From: Elusimicrobiota bacterium
Lineage (GTDB): Bacteria; Elusimicrobiota; Endomicrobiia; CG1-02-37-114; JAHJSO01
DNA length: 49,223 nucleotides
Direction: 5' to 3'
NCBI GenBank assembly: GCA_043826435.1
Contig: JBDRQF010000058.1
Coordinates: forward strand, 1-49,223
The notes below the pieces were generated by a model. It was not told the origin of the DNA, did not search any database, and saw only the letters and a program-made list of their open reading frames with translations. Position 1 is the stretch's first letter. Each line of letters begins with the position of its first letter. Made by a program: the position numbers and the translations under genes. Of this stretch, positions 10,328-20,737 are shown piece by piece.

Positions 10328-11740
10328 TTAATCCGCCCCTTCAAAAATTTCATCCGTTGCCGTTTTTGAAATCTCGACGGGCGCATCAACCGTTTTCGTA
10401 TATTTTTTAACTATCCCGCCGGAATTCCTGACGCCCAGTTTCTCAAACAGCGAAGAGAATTTTTCTTCAAGGCCTGCGGATATAATTTTCAGGATGGGCG
10501 CCGGTAAAGACCATATCTGTTTCTTGAACGGTCCGAACGCCTTTTTACGGGTCTTGTAAAGAAACTGCTGTTCGGTATCCGTTTCCTTTTTCTCGGAGGC
10601 ATTTTCTTTAAGCAGGTGAGCGTTTATCTGGGTTTTTAAATCAGCCGGGAAAGAAGGGTTGTCAAAAACCATATTCTGGAATTCAGTCGCCAGGTGTATC
10701 TCCGCCGTCTCAACTTTAGGGAATCTGTCAAAAAGTTCAGGCGGCAGGGTTGACGCCCCGTGCTGGACGCATCCGGCTAATTTGTATTCCTTTTGTGCGA
10801 CCTTACCGAGCCGCTCAAGCGTGTCAAAGTCCAGTTTTACTTTTGCTATCTGGCCGTCGGGGAGCGGTATTCCCCCGTGGGTGGTGCCCGTCTGCACAGC
10901 AACCTTGGTAATGCCCTTCAGTCCGCGCGTCATCTCAAAATAACCGTCCAGGTAAGCCCTGAGTTCGTCTTCCGTGGAATTCTTGCCGCCTATCTCGCCG
11001 ATTTCACCGCCGAGCGCCACCGTTATCCCTTTCGGCTCAATCTCCCTTATGAGTTTTGTAACGTCGGATGCTATCCTGTAGTTGAGTTCCTGCTGTTCCC
11101 TGATTGTTGACTTTGATAAATCAACCAGGGTTGACGTGTCTATATCAATGTTGTAGAACCCCGCCTCTATTGATTCCTTTATTATGTCCCTTGCCCCTTG
11201 CATTTCTTTTTCAGGACTCTCTTTATATTTTTTGCCATTGACCTGATAGTGATCGCCCTGCAAGAACACAGGATATTTGTAGCCCTCTTTTATTGCCGCA
11301 CCGAGGACGACTGCGGTGTATTCGGAGGGCCTCTGTTCCGTATAACCGATTTCGGACCGGGCGATTTCAATGATTATAAGGCCTGCGTCGCTTTTGTTCG
11401 CCGCCCTGAAAACGGCCCTGGCCGTCTCGTAGGTCAGTCCGCGGATATTTATTGCAGGTACGGTTACGCCGGAGAATTTCCCTTCCCCGCGGGCAGCGTA
11501 AACATCGTATATGGATGCGGGCCCAAGTCCGTATTTTTTTGCTGCAAGCCGGATAACCGTCCGGGTTAAATTGCGGACGTTTTCGTCCGGGGAAAAAACG
11601 GCGTTCCAGACGAGTTCGTCAATAAGCGTTGAGCGGAGTTTATTCTCATTAAGGATTTCAACCGAGACGCCGTCTTTTGACAACTTCAACGTACCGGCCA
11701 TTGCGTCTTTCAGTCCCTTTTCATTTGCATACTCGTTCAT
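10328..11740 (-). CDS. Class II fructose-bisphosphate aldolase family protein (long form)
   Basis: PAINIR, LQGDH, GEIGEIGG, GTTHGG, VQHGAS metal-binding motifs. Confidence 0.85.
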   Translation of the reverse strand: MNEYANEKGLKDAMAGTLKLSKDGVSVEILNENKLRSTLIDELVWNAVFSPDENVRNLTRTVIRLAAKKYGLGPASIYDVYAARGEGKFSGVTVPAINIRGLTYETARAVFRAANKSDAGLIIIEIARSEIGYTEQRPSEYTAVVLGAAIKEGYKYPVFLQGDHYQVNGKKYKESPEKEMQGARDIIKESIEAGFYNIDIDTSTLVDLSKSTIREQQELNYRIASDVTKLIREIEPKGITVALGGEIGEIGGKNSTEDELRAYLDGYFEMTRGLKGITKVAVQTGTTHGGIPLPDGQIAKVKLDFDTLERLGKVAQKEYKLAGCVQHGASTLPPELFDRFPKVETAEIHLATEFQNMVFDNPSFPADLKTQINAHLLKENASEKKETDTEQQFLYKTRKKAFGPFKKQIWSLPAPILKIISAGLEEKFSSLFEKLGVRNSGGIVKKYTKTVDAPVEISKTATDEIFEGAD

Positions 11741-11792
11741 TTTTGTAGTCCTCCTATTGTCGTGCCCTGTCCTGCGGTTTTACGCCGCAGGT

Positions 11793-12653
11793 TTATATTC
11801 GCTGGAACGCGCCTATTTTGCGGTATTTCCTGTATCTTTTTACGAGGAGTTCCCTGACAGGGATTGTTTTCAACTCCACGAGGTGTTTTTTGAGCGAATC
11901 GGAAATGTTCCGGGATGCACCGACAGGGTCGGCATGAGCGCCCTCAGCCGGTTCCTGTATTATTTCATCAATTATGCCTGTCTGGTAAAGGTCCTGCGCA
12001 GTGAGTTTCAGCGCGGCGGCCGCCTCATCGTTTTTTGACGCATCCCTGAAGAGTATTGCGGCACATCCCTCAGGGGATATTACTGAATAGTAGGAGTTTT
12101 CAAGCATGAGAATTCTGTCTGCAACGCCTATGCCTAATGCCCCGCCTGAGCCGCCCTCCCCGATTACGACGCAAATAACCGGCGTCCTGATGACCGACAT
12201 CTCCCTTAAGTTCCTTGCTATCGCCTCTGATTGTCCCCTTTCCTCTGCCCCGATGCCCGGGTAGGCGCCCGGCGTATCAATGAATATTATAATGGGTTTT
12301 GAGAATTTTTCAGCCAGTTTCATCAGACGCAGTGCTTTCCTGTATCCCTCGGGGTGCATCATCCCGAAATTCCGTTCTATGTTCTCCTCAACCGTCCTGC
12401 CCTTCTGCTGTCCCATTATGAGAACGGGCGTTTCGTCAAACACGGCGAGCCCTGCGACAATCGCCTTGTCGTCGGCGAACGCCCTGTCGCCGTGGAGTTC
12501 CGTAAAGTCGGTGAACATGGCGGATATGTAATCCAGGGTATAAGGCCTTTTCGGGTGCCTCGCCAGCAGGACCTTCTGGGCAGGCGTGGGTTTTGGTGTC
12601 GTATCAGGCGAGTCATGTGAATTCGGTGTTGTGTTTTTGGAATTTTGTGTCAT
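11793..12653 (-). CDS. accA: Acetyl-CoA carboxylase carboxyltransferase alpha subunit
   Basis: [53 protein letters not shown]. Confidence 0.96.
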   Translation of the reverse strand: MTQNSKNTTPNSHDSPDTTPKPTPAQKVLLARHPKRPYTLDYISAMFTDFTELHGDRAFADDKAIVAGLAVFDETPVLIMGQQKGRTVEENIERNFGMMHPEGYRKALRLMKLAEKFSKPIIIFIDTPGAYPGIGAEERGQSEAIARNLREMSVIRTPVICVVIGEGGSGGALGIGVADRILMLENSYYSVISPEGCAAILFRDASKNDEAAAALKLTAQDLYQTGIIDEIIQEPAEGAHADPVGASRNISDSLKKHLVELKTIPVRELLVKRYRKYRKIGAFQRI

Positions 12654-12672
12654 GGTTTCGGGTCGTTGAGCC

Positions 12673-12716
12673 GCCGGGTTATATAGGATGCCGGGTTATA
12701 TAGGATGCCGGGTTAT
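12673..12716. repeat. 17-bp tandem repeat GCCGGGTTATATAGGAT, about 2.6 copies, just upstream of accA
   Basis: Copies at 12673-12689 and 12690-12706, partial copy at 12707-12716. Confidence 0.9.
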
Positions 12717-12777
12717 CCGGAACACCTGCGCAATATTTAACCGTGGGGATATACTAAATATATGCCTTGGTGTTGCT

Positions 12778-13506
12778 CTAGAATTTCGTCCGGTAGTTTA
12801 TCCTGATGAGCCGTTCAGGATCTGTTTTTCTCGGAGACATTATATCACTGAATGAAAAATCAATGTCCAGGTCAAAGGCAGGATGGAACCTTAACCCTGC
12901 ATTTAGTATTGTGTCGTCGGTATTCCTGGACAAATTATTGTATTCTCCGATGATTGACAGGACCTTTTTCCCCTGGTCCGTTATTGAATAATCAACCCCG
13001 GCGAAGCCGTATAAATGCGCCTCATCCCTTGTGGTAGTTCTTGTAAAGTTGAGGTTTGCACCCATGGTGAGCTCAAGGTTAGGGAGAAGGGTTTCAAGCG
13101 TGGCGACAAGATATATCCCCTTTTCCCTGTGGATGTATGTCCCTGAGGCATGGTTGTAATCATACCCCTGGCCATCATATCCGAGCGCGAGTGCCGGGAG
13201 CCGGTCAGACCCATCGTAAAATCTGAATTTAAAATAAAACACCGGAGGCCTCACCTCCGGGGGAACGCTCCCGATGAGTTTGTCAACGTCCATTGAACCG
13301 CCGACATTCAATTGATTGAACACGCCGAACGAAAGCCGTGAGACGATTCCCCCGCCCGTATAAAGACGGAAATTCACGTCCATCGTGTGGTACTCGGTGA
13401 TTTCCGCCGTCGGAATGTCTATGAGGTCGTTTGACGAATGGCTGTCAGTAACCCCGAGAAAAAAACAAGGAACGAATACTATAAAGGCAAACATAACGGC
13501 ATGCAT
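12778..13506 (-). CDS. Exported, probable outer-membrane beta-barrel protein (YjbH-like)
   Basis: Signal peptide, LIDIPTA, PALALG, alternating beta strands, C-terminal ...INYRTKF. Confidence 0.6.
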   Translation of the reverse strand: MHAVMFAFIVFVPCFFLGVTDSHSSNDLIDIPTAEITEYHTMDVNFRLYTGGGIVSRLSFGVFNQLNVGGSMDVDKLIGSVPPEVRPPVFYFKFRFYDGSDRLPALALGYDGQGYDYNHASGTYIHREKGIYLVATLETLLPNLELTMGANLNFTRTTTRDEAHLYGFAGVDYSITDQGKKVLSIIGEYNNLSRNTDDTILNAGLRFHPAFDLDIDFSFSDIMSPRKTDPERLIRINYRTKF

Positions 13507-13545
13507 TTTTTTCGGTGCCTCCTTAACCCGTTATTTAATTGATTT

Positions 13546-14604
13546 CTACGGGGTTGTCGTTTTCGGCGTGGTGGTTTTTGCCGGCGCCTGTTTCACGGGT
13601 GGTTTTGCAGGTGCTGCCTTCTTCTGTGACCGCAGTTTGAATTCCACTTTCTGGAGCGCGAACCGGGCTGTCTGTTGGACATTCCGGTCAGTGTCCGTAA
13701 CTGCCTTTTTGAGAACGGCTAAAACCTGCTGGGTCGGTATGTTCCCGAGTGTGTCAATAGCAATTATACGGGTTGAACTGTCCTTGTCGGACGCGAGTTT
13801 GATTGCCAGGTTAAGTCCCGATTGGTCGCCCAGTTTTGAAAGTGCGTTGGCAGAACGGATTTTTATTTGCTTATCGGGGTCATCCAGTAGTTCTTTTAGT
13901 GAGGGGATACCCTCGGTGTCGTTTAATACGGCCAGTACCCGTATGGTTTCCATCTTTATGTTCAAGTCAGGGTCTTTGAGCCCTTCCCGGATGGAGGCAG
14001 ATGCTGACCTGTCCCCTATTGTCCCTAAGGCATTGATGGCATTGAGCCGGGTATTTTTGTTCGTATCCGACAGGAATGCGATGAGAGGCGCGACTGCTTC
14101 CGTTGATTTTAATATACCCAGCGTCTGCATGCAGGCGTATTTCGGGCCTTCGTTGGAGTCGCTTAACCCTTTTAACAGAGCAGGTACAACCGATTTGTCA
14201 TAGATGTAACTCAGGGCGACTGCTGCGCTCTGGCGGACCTCGGGGACGGTGTCTTCAGTTACAAGCCGCGAGAGTTCCTGCACGGATTCCTTTGCCCTGA
14301 GTAAACCCAGGGCGTTTGCAGAACCGGAACGGACGAACGCATCCGTGTCCTTCAGGGCAACAATTAGGTGAGGTACGGCGCGATTGTCCCTGCTGGTTAG
14401 TAGCGCCTCAACCGCCTGCCTCCTGACGTTTACATCCTTGTCTTTGAGATGGTTGATGTTTTGGGTGAACGGGTCAACCTGCTGTGTTTCCTGCGGCGGC
14501 GTCTGGACGGGTGTTTCCTGGGCTACCAGTCCCCGTGGACACGAAAGAACCACCGTCACTGAAAGCGCAGCCGCAACAAATAAACTCAAAAATAATTTAA
14601 GCAT
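13546..14604 (-). CDS. Exported HEAT/PBS-lyase repeat protein
   Basis: Signal peptide; repeated LxDxDxxVRxxAxxALG units; Pro/Lys/Thr-rich tail. Confidence 0.88.
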   Translation of the reverse strand: MLKLFLSLFVAAALSVTVVLSCPRGLVAQETPVQTPPQETQQVDPFTQNINHLKDKDVNVRRQAVEALLTSRDNRAVPHLIVALKDTDAFVRSGSANALGLLRAKESVQELSRLVTEDTVPEVRQSAAVALSYIYDKSVVPALLKGLSDSNEGPKYACMQTLGILKSTEAVAPLIAFLSDTNKNTRLNAINALGTIGDRSASASIREGLKDPDLNIKMETIRVLAVLNDTEGIPSLKELLDDPDKQIKIRSANALSKLGDQSGLNLAIKLASDKDSSTRIIAIDTLGNIPTQQVLAVLKKAVTDTDRNVQQTARFALQKVEFKLRSQKKAAPAKPPVKQAPAKTTTPKTTTP

Positions 14605-14653
14605 TTTACCGGACCTCCCATTGTTGATTTTAAGGCAGAACGCCTCTTTATTT

Positions 14654-14682
14654 ATTATAGCATATTTTTTTGATTTTTACAA
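14654..14682 (-). promoter_or_regulatory. sigma70-type promoter with extended -10
   Basis: Minus strand TTGTAA-N17-TATAAT, with TG at -15/-14. Confidence 0.65.
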
Positions 14683-14688
14683 TCATGA

Positions 14689-15690
14689 CTAACAATTGTT
14701 ACCCGCTATCAGCCCGTTCAGTTTATGGACCTGCTTGGGGTTGCCGATAACTATAAGCGTGTCATCACCGTGAAAAACATAGTCCGACTTCGGGTTATAC
14801 ACGAAGGAACCGTTCGTGGCGTCCTTTATTGCGACGACCATAAGGCCCGTTTCCTCGGCGATTTTACTTGTACGCAGGGTTTTATTCACCAGAGGGGAAC
14901 TGTGTGCGATTATCGCTTCCTCAACACGGAGCGGCTCCCCCGTCTGCCTCAGCATCGTGTCCAGGAATGTTACGACAGCAGGCCTTATCATTGCAGAAGC
15001 CATTCGCATCGCCGCGATGAAGTTTGTTGATATGACTTCGTCGGCGCCCGCCTTTTTGATTTTTGTGACGCTGTCCTTGTCAACCGCCTGCGACACAATC
15101 CTTATGCCGTGGTTTATCTGCCTTGCAGAGAGAACAACAAACAGGTTGTCCTTGTCTTCGTTCAATACGCTGATTAGTCCTTTAGCATTTTTTATGCCCG
15201 CCTTAATGAGAAATTCGTCCTCAGTCGGGTTGCCTTCTACATAGAGAGTATTCTCTCTGAATTTGTCTATAAGGTTTTTCTCGCTCGTTACCAGTACGAA
15301 CGGTTGTTCGGTTTCAATAAATTCCTCAATCACATACTCGCCTATCTCGTCACCCGCGCATATAATGTAGTGGTCCTTTAAACTTCCAATCTGTTTTTCC
15401 ATTTTTCTCCTCCTCATTAAACCGCCAAGTTCCCCCTCCAACATAAAGGATAAAAGCATGCTTACGGAATACACGAGGACACCTGCCCCGCTTAAAAGAA
15501 GGAATATGGTAAAAATTCTGCCGGCGGTGGTAAGCGTTTTTACTTCCCCGTAGCCGACGGTCGTCAGGGATATTACCGTCATAAAAAGGGCGTCCAGAAC
15601 CCCCCAGCCCTCAATAAGCATGTAGCCCAGCGTGCCTATTGAAAATATTGATACAAGTATGATGACCGCTATCTTGATTTCTCTTGGCAT
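14689..15690 (-). CDS. Potassium channel with RCK_N and RCK_C (TrkA) domains
   Basis: 2 TM helices with a TTVGYGE selectivity filter, then TrkA-N and TrkA-C; ATG at 15690 preferred over TTG at 15696. Confidence 0.92.
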   Translation of the reverse strand: MPREIKIAVIILVSIFSIGTLGYMLIEGWGVLDALFMTVISLTTVGYGEVKTLTTAGRIFTIFLLLSGAGVLVYSVSMLLSFMLEGELGGLMRRRKMEKQIGSLKDHYIICAGDEIGEYVIEEFIETEQPFVLVTSEKNLIDKFRENTLYVEGNPTEDEFLIKAGIKNAKGLISVLNEDKDNLFVVLSARQINHGIRIVSQAVDKDSVTKIKKAGADEVISTNFIAAMRMASAMIRPAVVTFLDTMLRQTGEPLRVEEAIIAHSSPLVNKTLRTSKIAEETGLMVVAIKDATNGSFVYNPKSDYVFHGDDTLIVIGNPKQVHKLNGLIAGNNC

Positions 15691-15692
15691 TT

Positions 15693-16511
15693 TCAAACCC
15701 TCTTTTTATACAGGAATATCTTATAGACCATGCGCTCTTTGAATTTTTCCGCATCCAGTTTTTCCTTTGTGTGAACATATATATATTTATTTATCCGTTT
15801 CAATTGTCCTGAAAATAAAAAAGAGAGTAGCCCCGCCGCAAACCTGAATTGCGTTTTCAAATACCCGCTGATAATCTCCATTACGGGCAGGACGTAGGAA
15901 GAGTAAATCCCGGTCCCGAATTTTAGCGTCGGCAGGACCATTTCCGTAATATCCTCCGACCGGACGGACTCAAACGGGTATTTGCTTATGGTTTCCAGGA
16001 ATGTCTTTTCAACATGGCATGTCCTGTAATAAGTGTCCTGGGTTTTCCTGAAATAGTCCGCGATTAGCAGGTATCCCCCGGGGCGGAGCAAGGACTGGCA
16101 TTTCGCAAAAGCATCATCCAGATTTAAATACTGCCAACTTTCTGCAGACAATATTAAATCGTATTTTCTGTCCGTTTCCAGGTCCTCAAACTTTGTAGGA
16201 TAAAAGGTTATGTCAGGGCAGTTTTGCCTGAACAGCGTTGCCTGGTATTCGTCCGGGGTCAACGCTTCAACGTTGAATTTTTTCTCGCTTAACTTCGCTG
16301 AAACGCTGCCCGTCCCGCACCCCACGTCCAGAACGCTTTTGACATCAGCCGGGATAAACCCCAGGAGTCGCTCTATGTATTTTTCCTGTGCAAGCCGCAG
16401 GTTGTCAACCGTAAGTTCCTTAATGTTGTCCCAGAGGCCGAAATGCAGGGAGTTCAGTTTGAATATGTCCCTGTAGAATTTCAGCCCATAGTCAATCTTT
16501 TTTTTCCCCAT
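15693..16511 (-). CDS. Class I SAM-dependent methyltransferase
   Basis: LHFGLW, VLDVGCGTG, LLRPGG. Confidence 0.85.
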   Translation of the reverse strand: MGKKKIDYGLKFYRDIFKLNSLHFGLWDNIKELTVDNLRLAQEKYIERLLGFIPADVKSVLDVGCGTGSVSAKLSEKKFNVEALTPDEYQATLFRQNCPDITFYPTKFEDLETDRKYDLILSAESWQYLNLDDAFAKCQSLLRPGGYLLIADYFRKTQDTYYRTCHVEKTFLETISKYPFESVRSEDITEMVLPTLKFGTGIYSSYVLPVMEIISGYLKTQFRFAAGLLSFLFSGQLKRINKYIYVHTKEKLDAEKFKERMVYKIFLYKKRV

Positions 16512-16517
16512 TGCCGA

Positions 16518-18137
16518 TTACATCCTTTCGGGTGACGATATGCCCATCAGCCCGAGAGCGTTACCCAGGACCGTTTTGACCGCCCGGACAAGGTATAACC
16601 GTGCCGCCGTAACCGCCGGGTCGGGAGATATAACCCTGTGTTCGTCGTAAAATCTATGAAAGAGGCCTGCGAGCGAAAGTAGGTATGAGGGCAGGTGGTG
16701 CGGCGTCAGGTTTGCCACACAGGCGAACAGGCAGTCCGGATAAAAAACAATTTTTCTCATAATGGCTCTTTCTTCTTTCTGCGATAAACGGTCCAAATCA
16801 GGAACGCCATTCTGTGGGGTACCCGACTTTTCCGTCTCTCTCAATATGCCGCAGCACCTGGTGTGCGCATACTGTATATAGTAAACAGGGTTTTCAGACG
16901 ACCTTTTTTTTGCCACCTCAAGATCAAACTCCAGATGGGCAGACGGCGTCCTCGTGGACAGAAAGAACCGCGCCGCATCCCTTCCGATTTCGTTCATCAC
17001 CTCCCGCAGGGTAGTGTATTCGCCCGCCCTCGTTGACATCCTGACACGGATGCCTGCACGCAATAAAGACACTAATTGGTATAGGATTACGTCCGCCCCC
17101 TGCCGGTAACCCATTGATTTGATTGCAGACACGAGTCGGGGGACGTAGCCGTGGTGGTCGGCGCCCCATACGTTTATAAGTTTTTCGTAGCCCCTCTCAA
17201 ACTTGTAGAGGTGGTATCCGATGTCCGCGCCGAAATACGTATAACTTCCGTCGGTCCTGACGACCACCCTGTCTTTTTCGTCACCTGCCTGCTGTGATTT
17301 AAACCATGTCGCCCCTTCGTTTTCATATATCATTAAATTTTTCCGCAGGAGGTCCACGGCTTTGCCGACTATATCCTTTTTGTGGAGTCCGGACTCGTAC
17401 ACCCAGTTATTGAATTCAACGCCGAAGTCCGACAAATCGTTCTTTATGTTGTCAAGAATCTTTTCTATTGCGGAGCGGGCAATCATTGTTTTGTCCTCAG
17501 GAAGCATGCCGTTATTTTCAGACATAATCTCCCCGGCGATTTTCTTGACATAGTCGCCCGTGTAATGGTTTTCAGGGAACACAACCTTTTGTCCCGCCAG
17601 TTCACTGGAGCGCAACTCAATTGAGTGGACCAGGGTTTCAATCTGCGTGCCCGAGTCGTTTACGTAGTATTCAATGTCAACCGAACCACCCGTGTGTCTT
17701 ATTATTTTTGCAAGAACATCACCTATGACCGCCCCCCTTGCATGGCCTATGTGGACGGGTCCCGTCGGATTTGAAGACACAAGGTCAATCAATGTCCGTT
17801 CCTTTACCAGTGGTTCCATAACGGGGTAGGCGTCTTTTTTAGTGTTGATTTTACGGAGTTCATCATGCAGGCGTTTGTTTGAAATATTAAAATTCAGGAA
17901 GCCCTGAGGCGCCGGCTGGATGTCGCTGGTGACCTCTATTTTTTCTAATTTCTTTGCAATCTCTTCTACGGTATAACGACCGGTCTGGCCGGTTTTACCA
18001 CCCGTGGATAACAGTATCGCTACGTTGGTCGCCATATCAAACGGAACATTTTTCGGCGGTTCAGAAACGGCGAATTCATAAGACGGCGGGATGTCAAGCG
18101 CCTCCCTGATGAGGTTCTTTATCTCCTGTTTTATCAT
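16518..18137 (-). CDS. argS: Arginine--tRNA ligase
   Basis: SNPTGPVHIGH (HIGH motif), WGADHHGY, MSTRAG, NPVYYIQYAHTR, C-terminal PERM. Confidence 0.96.
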   Translation of the reverse strand: MIKQEIKNLIREALDIPPSYEFAVSEPPKNVPFDMATNVAILLSTGGKTGQTGRYTVEEIAKKLEKIEVTSDIQPAPQGFLNFNISNKRLHDELRKINTKKDAYPVMEPLVKERTLIDLVSSNPTGPVHIGHARGAVIGDVLAKIIRHTGGSVDIEYYVNDSGTQIETLVHSIELRSSELAGQKVVFPENHYTGDYVKKIAGEIMSENNGMLPEDKTMIARSAIEKILDNIKNDLSDFGVEFNNWVYESGLHKKDIVGKAVDLLRKNLMIYENEGATWFKSQQAGDEKDRVVVRTDGSYTYFGADIGYHLYKFERGYEKLINVWGADHHGYVPRLVSAIKSMGYRQGADVILYQLVSLLRAGIRVRMSTRAGEYTTLREVMNEIGRDAARFFLSTRTPSAHLEFDLEVAKKRSSENPVYYIQYAHTRCCGILRETEKSGTPQNGVPDLDRLSQKEERAIMRKIVFYPDCLFACVANLTPHHLPSYLLSLAGLFHRFYDEHRVISPDPAVTAARLYLVRAVKTVLGNALGLMGISSPERM

Positions 18138-18580
18138 TTTCTTTTTCTGCCTGCGTATCCTTTTTTGTGTAGAGTGCGTTTTTTCAGCACGGGCTTTCCG
18201 GCAGTGGCGCGTTTTTTTTGAAGCGGGATATTTTTCGCTTTGAACCAGATTCTTTCAAGATTGTAGAACTTTCTTGATGTCTCCGTCATTATGTGTATAA
18301 TCAATCCGCCGTAATCCAGCACCTGCCAGTTGGGCGAAGAATAGTTATGCCAGGAAGAACCCCCGATCTGTTTAACCCCTTCCTTTTTCATCGCACCTCT
18401 TATTTCTTCCATTACTGCTTTCATCTGCGGCGCCGACTGGACTGTCGCAATTACGAAGTAGTTACACAGGGATGTAATCCGGTCCACATCCAGGAGCACA
18501 ACGTCAGTGCATTTTTTTGACACGGCTATCCCGGCTGTAATGTTTGCGAGTTTTTTAAACGTTCTTCCTGTTATTTTCAA
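18134..18580 (-). CDS. rsfS: Ribosomal silencing factor RsfS
   Basis: KKCTDVVLLDV...YFVIAT...WQVLDYGGLIIHIM...FYNLERIW; TTG 18580 after a G-rich SD is the likely start, since the track's 18697 start overlaps the upstream gene. Confidence 0.88.
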   Translation of the reverse strand: MKITGRTFKKLANITAGIAVSKKCTDVVLLDVDRITSLCNYFVIATVQSAPQMKAVMEEIRGAMKKEGVKQIGGSSWHNYSSPNWQVLDYGGLIIHIMTETSRKFYNLERIWFKAKNIPLQKKRATAGKPVLKKRTLHKKGYAGRKRK

Positions 18581-18617
18581 GAATATGCCCCCTTTTACTG
18601 AATCGTCATTATAATCC

Positions 18618-19568
18618 TTACCAGTTGATACTCCCCGTCCTGCCCCTGTCAAACCTTTCTTTTGCCAGTTTTTCCTGCATTGTCCTGATATTTTCAATTG
18701 CCGGCATAAGTTGCATGCACACGGAATTCAGGAGGTCTTTTATACTGTTCGGATATACGTACGGTTCGCGCGTGTTTGCAAGGATTAAAAAGCCCGTCAG
18801 TTTGTTTTTAATGAGCGGGCCGACCAGGACTGACTTTGCCTTCAAAATGTTTCCCAGGGCAGTGTCCAGTATTGCCTGTTCGGTAATAGTTACTGCTTCC
18901 TTTTTATCCGAGAGCAGGGATACCAGTTGTTCGTTCCCCGCAAGGTGCGTCTTTTTTATGTTTTCACCTGCGCCCGCCTTTTGCTCGTACTCTTCGGTGA
19001 ACTCATTCCATAGATAGACCGCCGCTGCGTCCACACCCGGCACGGAATATTTCAAGTGGCGGACGACCTCCGAACAGAAATCCTCAAGCGTCAGGTTCTT
19101 GACGATTGTCCTGCTGATTTCATAAATTGTCGCGAGTTCCCTGCTCGTGGATTCAAGCCGTTCAAGGGCGGAAAACAGCAGCGTCTCAAGCATTTTCTGC
19201 CCGCCGGTTTTGTCCGGAGAAATGGCTTTCCTGAAGGAACTGCAGTGGATCCTGTAATAGGTCACGTCCGTTTTCGCCCGCACGGTTGCGGTCCTCGGCT
19301 GGTCGCTGAATAAACTCATCTCGCCGAATATCGTTTTCTCGCCTATCGTTGAAAGGACCTTTTCAACGTCAGAGGATAACCTCTTGAATATCTGCGCCTC
19401 ACCGTTCACCATAAAGTATAAATGTTTTGATTCATCCCCTTCCGAGAAAATCGTTTCGCCGGCTGTCACCGCACCTGTTTCCATTATACTGACAAGTTTT
19501 GAAAATGTGGCTGTTGAGAAATGCTTTAAGGCGGTGACTGATTTGATAAACTTCAGTTTGTTTTCCAT
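18618..19568 (-). CDS. Cyclic-nucleotide-binding plus GAF domain protein
   Basis: IFSEGD...FGEMSLFSDQPRTATVRA (CNB), a helical linker, then a GAF-like region ending AIEN. Confidence 0.8.
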   Translation of the reverse strand: MENKLKFIKSVTALKHFSTATFSKLVSIMETGAVTAGETIFSEGDESKHLYFMVNGEAQIFKRLSSDVEKVLSTIGEKTIFGEMSLFSDQPRTATVRAKTDVTYYRIHCSSFRKAISPDKTGGQKMLETLLFSALERLESTSRELATIYEISRTIVKNLTLEDFCSEVVRHLKYSVPGVDAAAVYLWNEFTEEYEQKAGAGENIKKTHLAGNEQLVSLLSDKKEAVTITEQAILDTALGNILKAKSVLVGPLIKNKLTGFLILANTREPYVYPNSIKDLLNSVCMQLMPAIENIRTMQEKLAKERFDRGRTGSINW

Positions 19569-19639
19569 TTACCTCGCTCCTTTGTCGCGGCATCAGAGTG
19601 TCTCGCCGCGTCATCATCAGCATATTGAGGACGCCGGAA

Positions 19640-20737
19640 TCAGTATGCGCTGTATGCAGTTCCGCCGCCGGTGCCCATAGTCCTTCCCCCGCTGCGTACG
19701 TACTCGGGGTTCGACGCTTTTGAAGCGGCGTCTTCAACCGAGACAGCGCCTGATTTTACAAGTTCCATGAGGGCCTTGTCAAGTGATATCATCCCGAATT
19801 TGGCGCCCGTATCTATGGCGTTGTAAATCTGGTGCGTCTTGCCCTCACGGATAAGGTTTGCAATGGCGGTGGTGACCAGCATAATCTCTCTTGCAGCCAC
19901 GCGACCGGCTGCATCAAGCCGGGGCAGCAATATCTGCGAGACGACCGCTTTCAGGGTTGTTGCCAATTGGACCCTGACCTGCTGTTGCTGGTGCGGAGGG
20001 AACACGTCAATAATCCTGTCAACCGTTTGGGCTGCGTCCGAAGTATGCAGGGTTGCAAAAACAAGGTGTCCTGTTTCCGCTATGGTGAGAGCGGCAGCGA
20101 TTGTTTCCAGGTCGCGCATTTCTCCGATGAGAATTACGTCGGGGTCCTGACGCAAAGAGTATTTCAGGGCGGTTGCAAAAGACCGGGTATGCTGGCCTAT
20201 TTCCCTCTGCCTGATAATTGACTGGTTGTGTTCATACACGAACTCTATGGGGTCCTCAACCGTAATTATGTTACACTTCCTCTTGGAGTTTATTATGTTT
20301 ATAAGGCATGCAAGACAGGTTGATTTACCTGAACCGGTCGGTCCTGTAACGAGTACCAGCCCCCGCGGCAAGTCCGCAAGCTGGACGACCGTCTTCGGCA
20401 GGTTTATTTCCTCGGGCGACGGTATCTGCGTCGGTATCACCCTGAATACGGCTTCGGCGCCGTTTTTCTGAAGGAACACGTTCACCCTGAACCGCGCTAC
20501 CGACGGTATTACCGTTGAGGTGTCCAGTTCGCTCTGTTCCTCAAACCTTTTTTTCTGTTCATCAAAAAGGATTGAATAAATCAGTCGCTTGCACTCTTCT
20601 GAATTTATTACCGGAAATTCAGAGAGAGAGACAATCTCCCCGCGGACCCTCGCCATAGGCGGTTTCCCGATAGTCATGTGGATGTCGCTTGCCTTTTTTT
20701 CAACTGCTGATTTAAGGATTTCTGTCATTTCAGCCAT
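19640..20737 (-). CDS. pilT: PilT family retraction ATPase
   Basis: ASDIH, GPTGSGKST, TVEDPIE, LRQDPDVILIGEMRD, AETGHLVFATLHT, AIANLIRE. Confidence 0.93.
   Translation of the reverse strand: MAEMTEILKSAVEKKASDIHMTIGKPPMARVRGEIVSLSEFPVINSEECKRLIYSILFDEQKKRFEEQSELDTSTVIPSVARFRVNVFLQKNGAEAVFRVIPTQIPSPEEINLPKTVVQLADLPRGLVLVTGPTGSGKSTCLACLINIINSKRKCNIITVEDPIEFVYEHNQSIIRQREIGQHTRSFATALKYSLRQDPDVILIGEMRDLETIAAALTIAETGHLVFATLHTSDAAQTVDRIIDVFPPHQQQQVRVQLATTLKAVVSQILLPRLDAAGRVAAREIMLVTTAIANLIREGKTHQIYNAIDTGAKFGMISLDKALMELVKSGAVSVEDAASKASNPEYVRSGGRTMGTGGGTAYSAY

Noticed and set aside
11771..11791. Hairpin CCTGCGG-N7-CCGCAGG after accA as a terminator
   Set aside because: No U-tract follows on the transcribed minus strand; at most a stability or pause hairpin
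12673..12716. CRISPR array
   Set aside because: The units are 17 bp, directly adjacent with no spacers, and there are no cas genes
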